Shown here piece by piece: positions 21,786-30,469 of a DNA stretch of 30,469 bases (positions within the stretch are counted from its first letter, which is position 1; every line of letters begins with the position of its first letter). The translations under genes were made by a program, and so were the position numbers. The stretch is from Gemmatimonadota bacterium (GTDB lineage Bacteria; Gemmatimonadota; Gemmatimonadetes; Gemmatimonadales; Gemmatimonadaceae): the NCBI GenBank assembly GCA_031372565.1, contig JANMLN010000084.1, positions 1 to 30,469 of the forward strand. Direction: 5' to 3'. The notes beneath the pieces were generated by a model that was not told the DNA's origin, made no database searches, and saw only the letters and a program-made list of their open reading frames with translations.

Positions 21786-22749
21786 CGTCCTGCTGCAGGT
21801 ACATGCGGACGTCGGCCTTCTGCTGCATGCGACCGATGAGCCGGCGGTTGAACTGCTCGGCCGCGTCCACCCCCGCGTAGCGCAGCAGATGGTTCAGGGC
21901 GATCACTTCGGCGATCACGGTGACGTTCTTGCCGGGATTGAGCGGGACCGAGATGCGCGGCAGCGCGACTTCGAGAATGTCGGTGGTGGCGATGTCGAGC
22001 CCGGTGCGCTCGACCGGCATCCCTTCCTTCCACTCGACCAGCTCGACCACGACCTCGATGCGCTTCTGTTGCCGCACGGCGCGGATGCCGAAGATCCCCC
22101 GCACGTCGATCAGTCCGACGCCCCGGATCTCCATGAAGTGACGCTGCAACTCGTGCCCGCGCCCGATGACGATGTCGGCGCCGCGTCGCGTCGCAATCAC
22201 CATGTCGTCGGCCACCAGACGGTGACCGCGCTCCACGAGATCGAGCACGCACTCCGACTTGCCGATCCCGCTCTTGCCCGTGAAGAAGAGACCGACCCCG
22301 AACACGTCGGCCAGGGATCCGTGCAACGTGATCGTGGGCGCGAACTCGCTCTCGAGGAACGGGTTGAGCCGCTTGTAGAACTCCGCCGTCTTGAGCTGCG
22401 ACCGCACCACGGGTACCCCCCCACGTTGCGCCGCCGTCATCAGGCCGGCCGGTGGCTCGAGCCCCTTGGTGATGAACACGACGGGCACCGCGTACGAGAA
22501 GTAGGTGCCGAGGTTCTGCTCGCGCGTCGCGTCGGAGAGCGTACCGAGATAGGTGATCTCGGTCTCGCCCATGACCTGCACGCGCTGGAACAGGAAGCGC
22601 CCAACGAAGCCCGCCAGCACGAGTCCAGGTGAGGCGGACTCGTGTGTCGTGATCTCGCGGCCCAATCCTCCGTGTTCACCCAGCACTTCCAGCTGGAGGG
22701 GATCGCGCAATCGTTCGATCATGGTGCCGACCGTCAAGCGCGGCGTCAT
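21778..22749 (-). CDS. hprK: HPr(Ser) kinase/phosphorylase
   Basis: LHG, GKSGIGKSEC.L.L..RGHRLVADD, MEIRGVG, PGKN; full-length 323 aa. Confidence 0.96.
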   Translation of the reverse strand: MTPRLTVGTMIERLRDPLQLEVLGEHGGLGREITTHESASPGLVLAGFVGRFLFQRVQVMGETEITYLGTLSDATREQNLGTYFSYAVPVVFITKGLEPPAGLMTAAQRGGVPVVRSQLKTAEFYKRLNPFLESEFAPTITLHGSLADVFGVGLFFTGKSGIGKSECVLDLVERGHRLVADDMVIATRRGADIVIGRGHELQRHFMEIRGVGLIDVRGIFGIRAVRQQKRIEVVVELVEWKEGMPVERTGLDIATTDILEVALPRISVPLNPGKNVTVIAEVIALNHLLRYAGVDAAEQFNRRLIGRMQQKADVRMYLQQDDE

Positions 22750-23840
22750 GCGATGGACTCCAGATGGCGCTCCGTTTCACGTGCGGCGCGTTCCCAGGTG
22801 AACCCTTCGGCAAAGCTACGCGCGGCGCCGCCCATCTGGCGGACGAGTGCCGGATCGGCGGCCAAGCGACTGAACGCCGCGGCCATCGCCGCCAGGTCGC
22901 CGTGCGGCGTGAGCAGGCCCGTGACGCCGTCACGCACCGACTCGCGGATGCCGGGCGAGTTGGACGCCACCACCGGCGTGCCACAGGCGGCCGCCTCGAG
23001 ATTGGTAATGCCCCACCCTTCCTTGGGGCTCGCGAGGGCCACGACCCACGCACGGCGCAGCAGGGCGCCCTTCTCGGCGACACTCACGTGCCCAAGAAAC
23101 GTCACGCGATCGCCGAGGTCAAGCGACCGGACCAGTGATTCGAGCGCCGGTCGATGGTCGCCGTCGCCGGCGATCTCGAGACGGGCGCCGGGGATCGCGG
23201 CGTGCGCGAAGGCCCGAATCACGAGATCCACGCGCTTGTAGGCTTTGAGCCGGCCGAGGTACGCGAACAGCGGCGTCGGAGCGCGGCTCGACGGGTCCGG
23301 CGTCATGGACACCGCGTCGATCCCCGGCACGATCACGGTGACCTGATCGCGCCTGACGCCACGCGCGACCAAGTCGTCGGCCGTGCTTTGGCTGATCGCC
23401 TGAAACGGGCAGTTCCGGTACACCCACGGCAGGGGCCGCTCCGAGAGCCAGACGGTGGCGGCGAGCGGTGCGGGCAGCTCGTCGAACGCCGTCCCGCCGA
23501 ACAGATGCGGTACAAGCCCGACGGTGCGCCTGGCGCCCCACCAGGGAGTGAACAGCGGCACCTTGTTGATGTCCTCGACGAGCACGTCGGGGCGCGTGGC
23601 CGCCAGCGAGCGCTGCCAGGCGCCGCGCGCCACCAACGGCCACGTGTGTCGCGTACCGGCGCGCACCACCTTCATGCCATCGAGCTCGGTCGTGGGCGGG
23701 CATCCCTCCCACCCACCACACAGGAGCGTCACGTCATGACCGCGCTGCGCGAGCCGCCCGAAGATTTCGTGCAGGTGGATCTCCGCCCCCCCGTGCATCG
23801 GGTGTTCGCGATCCTGCCAGTTGACCACGACGATCCGCAT
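22746..23840 (-). CDS. Glycosyltransferase family 4 (GT-B)
   Basis: GGAE, YLGRL..YK, EGWG...LEAAACG.PVV, DG.TGLL; 364 aa. Confidence 0.92.
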   Translation of the reverse strand: MRIVVVNWQDREHPMHGGAEIHLHEIFGRLAQRGHDVTLLCGGWEGCPPTTELDGMKVVRAGTRHTWPLVARGAWQRSLAATRPDVLVEDINKVPLFTPWWGARRTVGLVPHLFGGTAFDELPAPLAATVWLSERPLPWVYRNCPFQAISQSTADDLVARGVRRDQVTVIVPGIDAVSMTPDPSSRAPTPLFAYLGRLKAYKRVDLVIRAFAHAAIPGARLEIAGDGDHRPALESLVRSLDLGDRVTFLGHVSVAEKGALLRRAWVVALASPKEGWGITNLEAAACGTPVVASNSPGIRESVRDGVTGLLTPHGDLAAMAAAFSRLAADPALVRQMGGAARSFAEGFTWERAARETERHLESIA

Positions 23841-23858
23841 GTCGCGTCCGCTGCGCGC

Positions 23859-24272
23859 TTACAGGCGGCCGAGCCGCCGAGCCAGCGCGTCCAGCACGCC
23901 GTTGACGAACTTCGCGCTGGTGGGTGAGCCGAACCGCTCGGCGAACGTCGTGGCCTCCTGCAGCACGACCTTCGGCGGTGTTTCGCCGATGTGCAGCTCC
24001 GCCGCGGCCAACCGCAACACGGAGCGCTCGATCGCGCCAAGCCGCTCGAGACGCCAGTTGGTGGTGACCGTCGTGATCATCTCGTCGAGCGCGGCCTGCT
24101 GCGACTCGAGGGCGTGCACGAGCGGCCACGCGAGGCGCCTGACCTCGGCATCCACCATGAGATCATCCCACATGCGCTCGGCGACGCGCGAGAGAGCAAC
24201 CCCATCGCGCATGTCCCAGGCGTAGATCGCCTGGAGCGCCCGGGCCCGCGCGCGGTGCTCAGTCCTCCGCAT
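23859..24272 (-). CDS. nusB: Transcription antitermination factor NusB
   Basis: RARARALQAIY, NW.LERL...ER.VLR, FVNGVLD; 137 aa from ATG 24272. Confidence 0.95.
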   Translation of the reverse strand: MRRTEHRARARALQAIYAWDMRDGVALSRVAERMWDDLMVDAEVRRLAWPLVHALESQQAALDEMITTVTTNWRLERLGAIERSVLRLAAAELHIGETPPKVVLQEATTFAERFGSPTSAKFVNGVLDALARRLGRL

Positions 24273-24750
24273 CGGCGTCACCAGCGGCGTCGAGACGCGA
24301 GAAGAGATCCGTGAGTTCGAGCGCCGCGAGCGCGGCATCCCATCCCTTGTTGCCGTGCGCACCGCCCGCGCGCGCCATGGCCTGTTCCATCGTGTCCGTG
24401 GTGAGCAAGCCGAGCGTCACCGGCAGATCGAAGTCGCGGCTCGCCTCGGCCAGACCGCGCGCCGCCTCGCCGGCGACGATGTCGAAGTGCGGGGTCTCAC
24501 CGCGCACGACGGCGCCGAGCGCGATGATCGCCGCGTAGCGGTCGGTCTGGGCGCAGCGACGGGCGGCGTACGGCAGTTCCCACGCGCCCGGGACCCACAG
24601 CAGGTCGACATCATCCATGGCGACGCCATGCCGCACCAACGCCTCCATCGCGCCGTCGGCCAGCGGGCGCGTGACGTTCTCGTTGAAGCGACTGGCGATG
24701 ACCGCAAACCGGCGTCCGGCGCCGTGCGGTGTTCCATTGAACTCTGGCAT
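24259..24750 (-). CDS. ribH: 6,7-dimethyl-8-ribityllumazine synthase
   Basis: SRFN, VPGAWELP, GAVVRGETPHFD, NKG; 163 aa. Confidence 0.96.
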   Translation of the reverse strand: MPEFNGTPHGAGRRFAVIASRFNENVTRPLADGAMEALVRHGVAMDDVDLLWVPGAWELPYAARRCAQTDRYAAIIALGAVVRGETPHFDIVAGEAARGLAEASRDFDLPVTLGLLTTDTMEQAMARAGGAHGNKGWDAALAALELTDLFSRLDAAGDADAED

Positions 24751-24756
24751 GGGCGG

Positions 24757-25968
24757 CTAGATGGCGCGGAGGTGGCCAAGCTTGGTCCGCTTGGTCTCGA
24801 GATAGGCCGCATTCTCCTCGGTTTCCGGCGCGGCCAGACGCACCGAGTCGGTGATGCGCAGCCCGTACCCCTCCAGCCCCGCCAGCTTCTTCGGGTTGTT
24901 GGTCAGCACGCGCATCGACTTGAGCCCGAGGTCGAGCAGCACCTGCGCGCCGATGCCGTAGTTGCGCAGGTCGGGCGCGAAACCGAGCGCCTGATTGGCC
25001 TCGACCGTATCAGCGCCCGCGTCCTGCAGTTGGTACGCCTTGAGCTTGTTGAGGAGTCCGATGCCGCGTCCTTCCTGATCGAGGTAGACGATGACGCCGG
25101 CGCCGGCCTCGGCCAGCTTCCGCATCGCTTCATCGAGCTGCCAACCGCAATCACAGCGCATCGAGTGGAAGACATCGCCCGTGAGGCACTTGGAGTGCAT
25201 CCGCACGAGCACGTTCTCGCCGTCCTTGACCGTGCCATAGACCAGCGCGACGTGCTCCGCGTCGTCGACATCGTTGCGATAGCCGATGATCGTGAACTCG
25301 CCGTGTCGCGTGGGGAGCCGCGCTTCCGCGACCCGATGCACGAGGCGCTCGGTGCGCAACCGGTACGCGACGAGCTGCGCGACCGTGATGAAGGTGAAGC
25401 CGTGCTCGGCGCAGTAGGCCTCGAGTTGCGGGCGCTTGGCGGTGGAGCCATCAGCGGTGAGGATCTCGCAGATGACACCGGCGGGTGCGAGCCCTGCCAG
25501 GCGCGCGAGGTCGACCGCCGCTTCGGTGTGGCCCACACGCTGCAGCACCCCGCCGTCACGCGCGCGCAACGGGTGCACGTGGCCCGGGCGGCGCAGATCG
25601 CTCGCGGTGCTCGCGCCGTCGACAGCGACGCGAATCGTGGTCGCCTGATCGGCGGCCGAGATCCCCGTCGTCACGCCGAACTTGGGCGCGCCATCGATGG
25701 TGACGGTGAACGCCGTCCGCATGGCCTCGGTGTTCTCGTCGCCCATGAGCGGCAGGCCCAGCGTGTCGGCATGCGCATTGGTGATGGCGAGGCAGATCAT
25801 CCCCTTCGCCTCCATCATCACATTGATCATCTCCGGGGTGATCTTCTCGGCCGCACAAATGAGGTCGCCCTCGTTCTCGCGGTCTTCATCATCCGCGACG
25901 ACGATGAACTTGCCGGCGCGGAGGTCGTCCAGCGCCTGTTCCACGGTACCAAAAGCCATCGTGATCAT
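24757..25968 (-). CDS. ribBA: Bifunctional DHBP synthase / GTP cyclohydrolase II
   Basis: DDEDRENEGD, TTGISA, GHTEAAVDL; RMHSKCLTGD, RCDC, QEGRGIGL, LTNNP.K; start 25968 or 25959. Confidence 0.96.
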   Translation of the reverse strand: MITMAFGTVEQALDDLRAGKFIVVADDEDRENEGDLICAAEKITPEMINVMMEAKGMICLAITNAHADTLGLPLMGDENTEAMRTAFTVTIDGAPKFGVTTGISAADQATTIRVAVDGASTASDLRRPGHVHPLRARDGGVLQRVGHTEAAVDLARLAGLAPAGVICEILTADGSTAKRPQLEAYCAEHGFTFITVAQLVAYRLRTERLVHRVAEARLPTRHGEFTIIGYRNDVDDAEHVALVYGTVKDGENVLVRMHSKCLTGDVFHSMRCDCGWQLDEAMRKLAEAGAGVIVYLDQEGRGIGLLNKLKAYQLQDAGADTVEANQALGFAPDLRNYGIGAQVLLDLGLKSMRVLTNNPKKLAGLEGYGLRITDSVRLAAPETEENAAYLETKRTKLGHLRAI

Positions 25969-25969
25969 C

Positions 25970-26599
25970 TCAGGTCAGGGTCTCGCGCCAGCGGCCGGCA
26001 TCAGCCGGCGCCAGATGCGGCGCGGCCAGCCGCTGCACGTACTTGCCGATCAGGTCACCCTCGAGGTGCACGGTCGCACCGACCCCGAGGCTGCCAAGCG
26101 TGGTGTGGCGCAGCGTGAACTCGATCAGCGACAGCTGCACGACATCATCGGCCGGCATCGCGTTCACGGTGAGGCTCACACCGTCGACCGTGATGGCGCC
26201 GAGCGGCACGAGGAGCGGCACGAGCGGCGCGGGGACCCGAATGTCGACGAGCCAGGCATCGCCGTGCGTGGCCACGCGGAGCACCGTGCCCACGCCGTCG
26301 ACGTGCCCCTGCACGAGGTGGCCACCCAGCCGATCGCCCAGCGCGAGCGCGCGCTCCAGGTTGACCCGCTGCCCGTCCGCCCACGCCGCCATGGTGGTGC
26401 GTTCGAGGGTGGTCGTCACCGCGGCCACGGTGAACCACCCATCGCCGAACGCGCGGACCGTCAGGCAGGCACCGTTCACGGCGATGCTCTCGCCGGCGAC
26501 GAGCCGCTCGAAGCTGCTGCGCACGCGGAACTCGCGGCCGGCCGCCGTGACGGCGACCCGGTCGATCGTACCGACGTCGGTGATGAGTCCGGTGAACAT
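25970..26599 (-). CDS. ribE: Riboflavin synthase
   Basis: MFTG, SIAVNGACLTV, VNLERAL, GGHLVQGHVDG; 209 aa. Confidence 0.96.
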   Translation of the reverse strand: MFTGLITDVGTIDRVAVTAAGREFRVRSSFERLVAGESIAVNGACLTVRAFGDGWFTVAAVTTTLERTTMAAWADGQRVNLERALALGDRLGGHLVQGHVDGVGTVLRVATHGDAWLVDIRVPAPLVPLLVPLGAITVDGVSLTVNAMPADDVVQLSLIEFTLRHTTLGSLGVGATVHLEGDLIGKYVQRLAAPHLAPADAGRWRETLT

Positions 26600-26642
26600 C
26601 GTGTGGGACTAACGAAAACTCGGCCCCGGGAGGTCCCGCCGC

Positions 26643-27734
26643 TCAGCGACGTGGGGCCCAGATCTCGAGTGTGTCGTCCCCGATCGGGCGCCGAACGATC
26701 TCGGTCCACCGCTCGGGAGCGCTCAGGGGGTCGCCGGCGCCCGCCGTGAAGGCCGGGACGGCCCCCGGACCCAACCGGGCCGGGGTGTGGAAGATAATCA
26801 CGCGGTCGACCAACGACTCGCGGACGAGCGCCGATCCCAGCAGCGCCCCGCCCTCCACCAACAGGTGCCGGACGCCGCGGGCATGCAGCACCCGCAGGGC
26901 GTCGGCGAGCCCCTGCACGCGGACCACGTCCACGCCGGCGCGCACCAGCGCGGCTGCCGCCGCCGCGTTGGGGCGCTCGCCCAGTACCAGCACCGGCTGC
27001 GCCGTCGCGGTGGACACCAGCTGCGAGGACAGCGGAAGTCGCGCCTCGCTATCGAACACGACGCGCACCGGATTGACCCGAGGGCGTGACCAGTGGCGCA
27101 CCGTGAGCAGCGGATCATCCGACATGGCGGTCCCCACGCCAATGCCGATCGCATCGGCATTCACGCGCATCCGGTGCACTTCGGCGCGCGCCGGTGCGCC
27201 GGTCATCCACTGCGGCTCCCGCGACGGCGGCGCGATCGCCCCATCCGCGGAGACCGCCAGCTTGAGCGACACGAACGGTCGCAACGCGTCCGTCGCCGCG
27301 AAGAAGAACGGTGCGTTCAGCTCGCGCGCATCGACGTCGAGCAGTCCCACATCGACGGTGATGCCCGCCGCGCGGAGTTTCGCGGCCCCGCCGCCGGCGA
27401 GCCTGGTCGGATCGGCGCTGGCCGCCACGACCCGCGCAACCTTCGCGGCGATCAGCGCCTCGACGCACGGCGGCTGCTTGCCCTGATGCGCGCAGGGCTC
27501 CAGCGTGACGTACACCGTCGCCCCCTCGGCGCGCGCCCCCGCCGCATCCAGCGCGACGCGCTCGGCGTGCGGCCCGCCGAAGCGCGCGTGCCACCCCTCA
27601 CCGACGACCTCGCCATCACGAACGACGACGGCGCCGACCATCGGGTTCGGCGCCGTCTGTCCCCACCCGCGCTCGGCCAGCACGAGCGCGCGGCGAAGGA
27701 ACTCGACGTCGCGCGTCGTCTGACCGTCGTTCAT
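26643..27734 (-). CDS. ribD: Riboflavin biosynthesis deaminase/reductase
   Basis: PNPMVG, HAE, TLEPCAHQGKQPPC, DDP.LT.R, LVEGG; 363 aa from ATG 27734. Confidence 0.96.
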   Translation of the reverse strand: MNDGQTTRDVEFLRRALVLAERGWGQTAPNPMVGAVVVRDGEVVGEGWHARFGGPHAERVALDAAGARAEGATVYVTLEPCAHQGKQPPCVEALIAAKVARVVAASADPTRLAGGGAAKLRAAGITVDVGLLDVDARELNAPFFFAATDALRPFVSLKLAVSADGAIAPPSREPQWMTGAPARAEVHRMRVNADAIGIGVGTAMSDDPLLTVRHWSRPRVNPVRVVFDSEARLPLSSQLVSTATAQPVLVLGERPNAAAAAALVRAGVDVVRVQGLADALRVLHARGVRHLLVEGGALLGSALVRESLVDRVIIFHTPARLGPGAVPAFTAGAGDPLSAPERWTEIVRRPIGDDTLEIWAPRR

Positions 27735-27738
27735 CGGA

Positions 27739-28770
27739 CTAGAACCCGAGCCGCACGCCGGCGGAGAAGTAGTTCTTGCTGTCGTTCGGCGCGGTGGTGG
27801 TGTTGTTGAACTGGTTGATCGTGGCCAGATCGCCACCCGACACCTGACCGTACTCGCCGAAGATCTTGAGGATGAGCAGGTTGATCGTCGCGCCCACGAA
27901 CCAGTTGGTGCGCGTCATCTTCGCCGACACGGTGCGCAGCGGCATGTTGACCGCCCCGAGCCCTGGCGCGTTCACCACGGCGCTGAAGCCCGTCGAGGCG
28001 TCGTACGTGTCCTGCCCGTAGCCGCCATTGAGGCCGAACAGCAGGAGGGTCTGACTCGCGGTGATGCGCCACGACGTCGTCTTGAGGTCGAGGTCCTGCA
28101 CCGTGATCGTGCCGGAGGAGCCGGCCGTCGCCGTGACCGTCGTCTTCGGCATCGAGCGCTGCAGGTACGAGATGCCGACACTCGGCAGCACCAGCGTTCC
28201 GTCAAAGAGGCCGAGGCGCGCGCCGTATCCGAGCGAGAGCGGATTGTCGGCCTTCACCGCGATGTTCGTGCCCTCGAAGTTGGGCACGTACGTCGCGCTC
28301 ACGAGCGCATCGATGCCGCCGATCGAGCCCACACCAAGATTGATGCCGCCGAAGATGCCGACCGCCGCGTCGACCGCGGCCAAGCCAAAGGCCTGAGTCT
28401 TGATCGGAATGAACGACGGGCCCGGCTGGGTACCCCCGGGCAGGCCGCTGTTCAGCGTCACGGCGCCGAAGTCCGGCAGTGCGGCGTCGGGCGCACCCGT
28501 GGCGCGCACCGCGATGGCAAAATGCGGGAAGCCGCCGAGCGTACCGCCCTGACCGGGGGTCGTGTTGCCGCCGGCGAGTCCGTTGCCGAGTTGCGGCACG
28601 AGCATGGTGAAGATGTCGGCACCCTTGCGGCAGGCGTCGAACGTGACCGAATTCACCGACGTTGCACCCGCTCCACCCGCGTAGGCCGGGCAGTTGTTCG
28701 TCTGGGCGTGTGCGGCCTGGCCGCTCGCGGCGAGGGCCGTCAGGATCGTAACCGTTCGGACAAAGCGCAT
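27739..28770 (-). CDS. Uncharacterised outer-membrane beta-barrel protein
   Basis: GAGGAG Shine-Dalgarno; signal peptide AHA-Q; amphipathic beta strands; C-terminal beta-signal YFSAGVRLGF; 343 aa. Confidence 0.82.
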   Translation of the reverse strand: MRFVRTVTILTALAASGQAAHAQTNNCPAYAGGAGATSVNSVTFDACRKGADIFTMLVPQLGNGLAGGNTTPGQGGTLGGFPHFAIAVRATGAPDAALPDFGAVTLNSGLPGGTQPGPSFIPIKTQAFGLAAVDAAVGIFGGINLGVGSIGGIDALVSATYVPNFEGTNIAVKADNPLSLGYGARLGLFDGTLVLPSVGISYLQRSMPKTTVTATAGSSGTITVQDLDLKTTSWRITASQTLLLFGLNGGYGQDTYDASTGFSAVVNAPGLGAVNMPLRTVSAKMTRTNWFVGATINLLILKIFGEYGQVSGGDLATINQFNNTTTAPNDSKNYFSAGVRLGF

Positions 28771-28781
28771 CTGGTAACTCC

Positions 28782-29807
28782 TCAGGAAAGGATGACGTGA
28801 CCCGTGCCGCTGACCACGTGCCCGCACGCCCATGCGTGCACACCCGCGGCTCGTGCAGCCCCGATCACGGTGTCGGCGTGTTGGCGATCGACGATCACCA
28901 CCATGCCAACCCCCATGTTGAACGCGCGGAACATCTCGTCGCGCGCGACCTGCCCCGCGTCCATGAGGACACGGTAGAGATTCGGAAGCTCCCAACTGCC
29001 GGTTTCCACCACCGCATCGCAACCTGACGGCAGCGCGCGGTTGAGGTTCCCGGGCAGTCCGCCTCCCGTGATATGAGCCATCGCACGCACCGTGCCACGC
29101 ACGCCAAGCAGTGATGCACGATACGAACGGTGCACGCGCAGCATCACATCGGCTACGGTTGCGTCCTCTCCAGGGAACGGATCGGTCACACGCAGCCCCA
29201 TCCGGTTGAAAACGATCTGACGGGCGAGAGAGTAACCGTTCGTGTGCAATCCGGACGCTGCGAGGCCCACCAGCACGTCCCCCGGACGCACGCGATCGGC
29301 CCCGAGAATGGCATCCTCCTCGACCACGCCGACGATGAAGCCGGCAAGGTCGTAGTCCGGGGGGGTGTACAGTCCGGGCATCTCGGCGGTCTCGCCGCCC
29401 ACCAGCGCGCAGCCGTTCTCGCGGCATCCGGCAGCAACCCCGGCAACGACCCCTTCAACCGCCTGCGGTTCAAGCTTCCCGAACGCCACGTAATCGAGGA
29501 AGAACAGCGGCTCCGCGCCCATCACCAGAATGTCGTTGACGCAGTGATTGACCAGATCGTGTCCGATCGTGTCGTGTCGGTTCGCGTCGATGGCCACCTT
29601 GATCTTCGTGCCGACGCCGTCGGCGCTGGACACGAGCACGGGCGCTCGCATGCCGCCGGGCACGCGAAACATGCCGCCGAAGCCGCCGAACGAGCCGCGC
29701 GTCCCCGCCGTGAAGGTGCTCTCGACGAGCCGCTTGATCCGGTGCTTGGCGTCTTCGGCCGCGTCGATGTCGACGCCTGCCGATCGATAGTCCAGCGGCG
29801 CGCTCAT
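28782..29807 (-). CDS. purM: Phosphoribosylformylglycinamidine cyclo-ligase (AIR synthetase)
   Basis: Y..AGVDI, DGVGTK, GGETAEMPG, SGLHTNGYSL, HITGGG, FNMG.G; 341 aa. Confidence 0.97.
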   Translation of the reverse strand: MSAPLDYRSAGVDIDAAEDAKHRIKRLVESTFTAGTRGSFGGFGGMFRVPGGMRAPVLVSSADGVGTKIKVAIDANRHDTIGHDLVNHCVNDILVMGAEPLFFLDYVAFGKLEPQAVEGVVAGVAAGCRENGCALVGGETAEMPGLYTPPDYDLAGFIVGVVEEDAILGADRVRPGDVLVGLAASGLHTNGYSLARQIVFNRMGLRVTDPFPGEDATVADVMLRVHRSYRASLLGVRGTVRAMAHITGGGLPGNLNRALPSGCDAVVETGSWELPNLYRVLMDAGQVARDEMFRAFNMGVGMVVIVDRQHADTVIGAARAAGVHAWACGHVVSGTGHVILS

Positions 29808-30469
29808 GCGTCGAGCGGCGCGTCGAACGCGACGAGCCGCGCGAACTCCTGGACGCGGCGATTGATGTCGTCACGCGTGATCACCATCAGGCGCGTGGTC
29901 GAGAAGCCCTCGACCGCGAAGCTCCCCATCGCGGACCCGTAGATCACCGCGCGGCGGAGGTTCGCCTCGGACAGGTCGCCCGTGCGCGCGAGGAACCCGA
30001 TGAAGCCACCGGCGAACGAGTCGCCCGCTCCCGTGGGGTCGAAGATGTTCTCCAGCGGGTACGCGGGCGCGAAGAAGATCGTGTCCTTCGTGAACAAGAA
30101 GGCGCCGTGCTCGCCTTTCTTGATGATCACGTGCGTGGGGCCGCGATCGAGAATCCAGCGGGCCGCCTTGATCAGGTTGCTCTGCTCGGTGAGCTGGCGC
30201 GCTTCGCCGTCATTGAGCGTGATCAGGTCCACCTGGCCGAGGAGCGCGAGCAGGTCCGTGCGACGGCTCTCGATCCAGAAGTTCATCGTGTCGCAGGCCA
30301 CGAGCTTGGGGCGCTCGACCTGCTTGAGCACCTCCAGCTGCAACCGCGGATCGATGTTGGCGAGGAAGACGAAGGGTGCGTTCCGGAACTGCGCCGGAAT
30401 CTTCGGCGAGAAATGCGAGAAGACGCCCAGCCGGGTCTCCAGCGTCTCGGCCGCATTGAGGTCATGCCG
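29804..30469 (-). CDS. PfkB/ribokinase-family kinase, 5' end outside the window
   Basis: Frame open to the window edge (RHDLNAAETL...FLANIDP); DTMNFWI, LND.E, KKGEHG, DPTGAGDSFAGG; ATGA overlap with purM. Confidence 0.92.
   Translation of the reverse strand, partial: RHDLNAAETLETRLGVFSHFSPKIPAQFRNAPFVFLANIDPRLQLEVLKQVERPKLVACDTMNFWIESRRTDLLALLGQVDLITLNDGEARQLTEQSNLIKAARWILDRGPTHVIIKKGEHGAFLFTKDTIFFAPAYPLENIFDPTGAGDSFAGGFIGFLARTGDLSEANLRRAVIYGSAMGSFAVEGFSTTRLMVITRDDINRRVQEFARLVAFDAPLDA

Noticed and set aside
27735..27738. FMN riboswitch before ribD
   Set aside because: Only 4 bp of intergenic space and no RFN motif recognised.

Overview
GC-rich, core-genome-like bacterial region. Gene content and style suggest Gemmatimonadota, which is an inference. 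Almost all genes are on the minus strand. In transcription order from the right end: PfkB-family kinase (5' end outside the window), purM, an outer-membrane beta-barrel protein, ribD-ribE-ribBA-ribH, nusB, a GT4 glycosyltransferase, hprK, a complete mannose-family PTS (IIA, IIB, IIC, IID, HPr, EI), metK, a DUF151 nuclease and an uncharacterised membrane-anchored protein. Next comes a cobalamin riboswitch heading a B12 uptake operon (btuF-C-D, TonB-dependent receptor, beta-propeller lipoprotein). Then recO, selB, a small secreted FlgD-Ig/T9SS-CTD-like protein, one plus-strand lipoprotein, clpB, a Tat-lipoprotein amidohydrolase, tadA, a 2x50-bp REP-like tandem repeat and the 5' part of a tRNA-Ser. 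I see no mobile element, CRISPR array or defence system, and nothing that is clearly a new multi-gene system. The best leads are the BtuB plus BtuG-like lipoprotein pair, the riboswitch expression platform, several apparently leaderless genes, candidate sigma54 promoters (one inside purM) and several uncharacterised envelope proteins embedded in housekeeping operons. Start codons were re-assigned by eye where the ORF track gives implausible upstream extensions.
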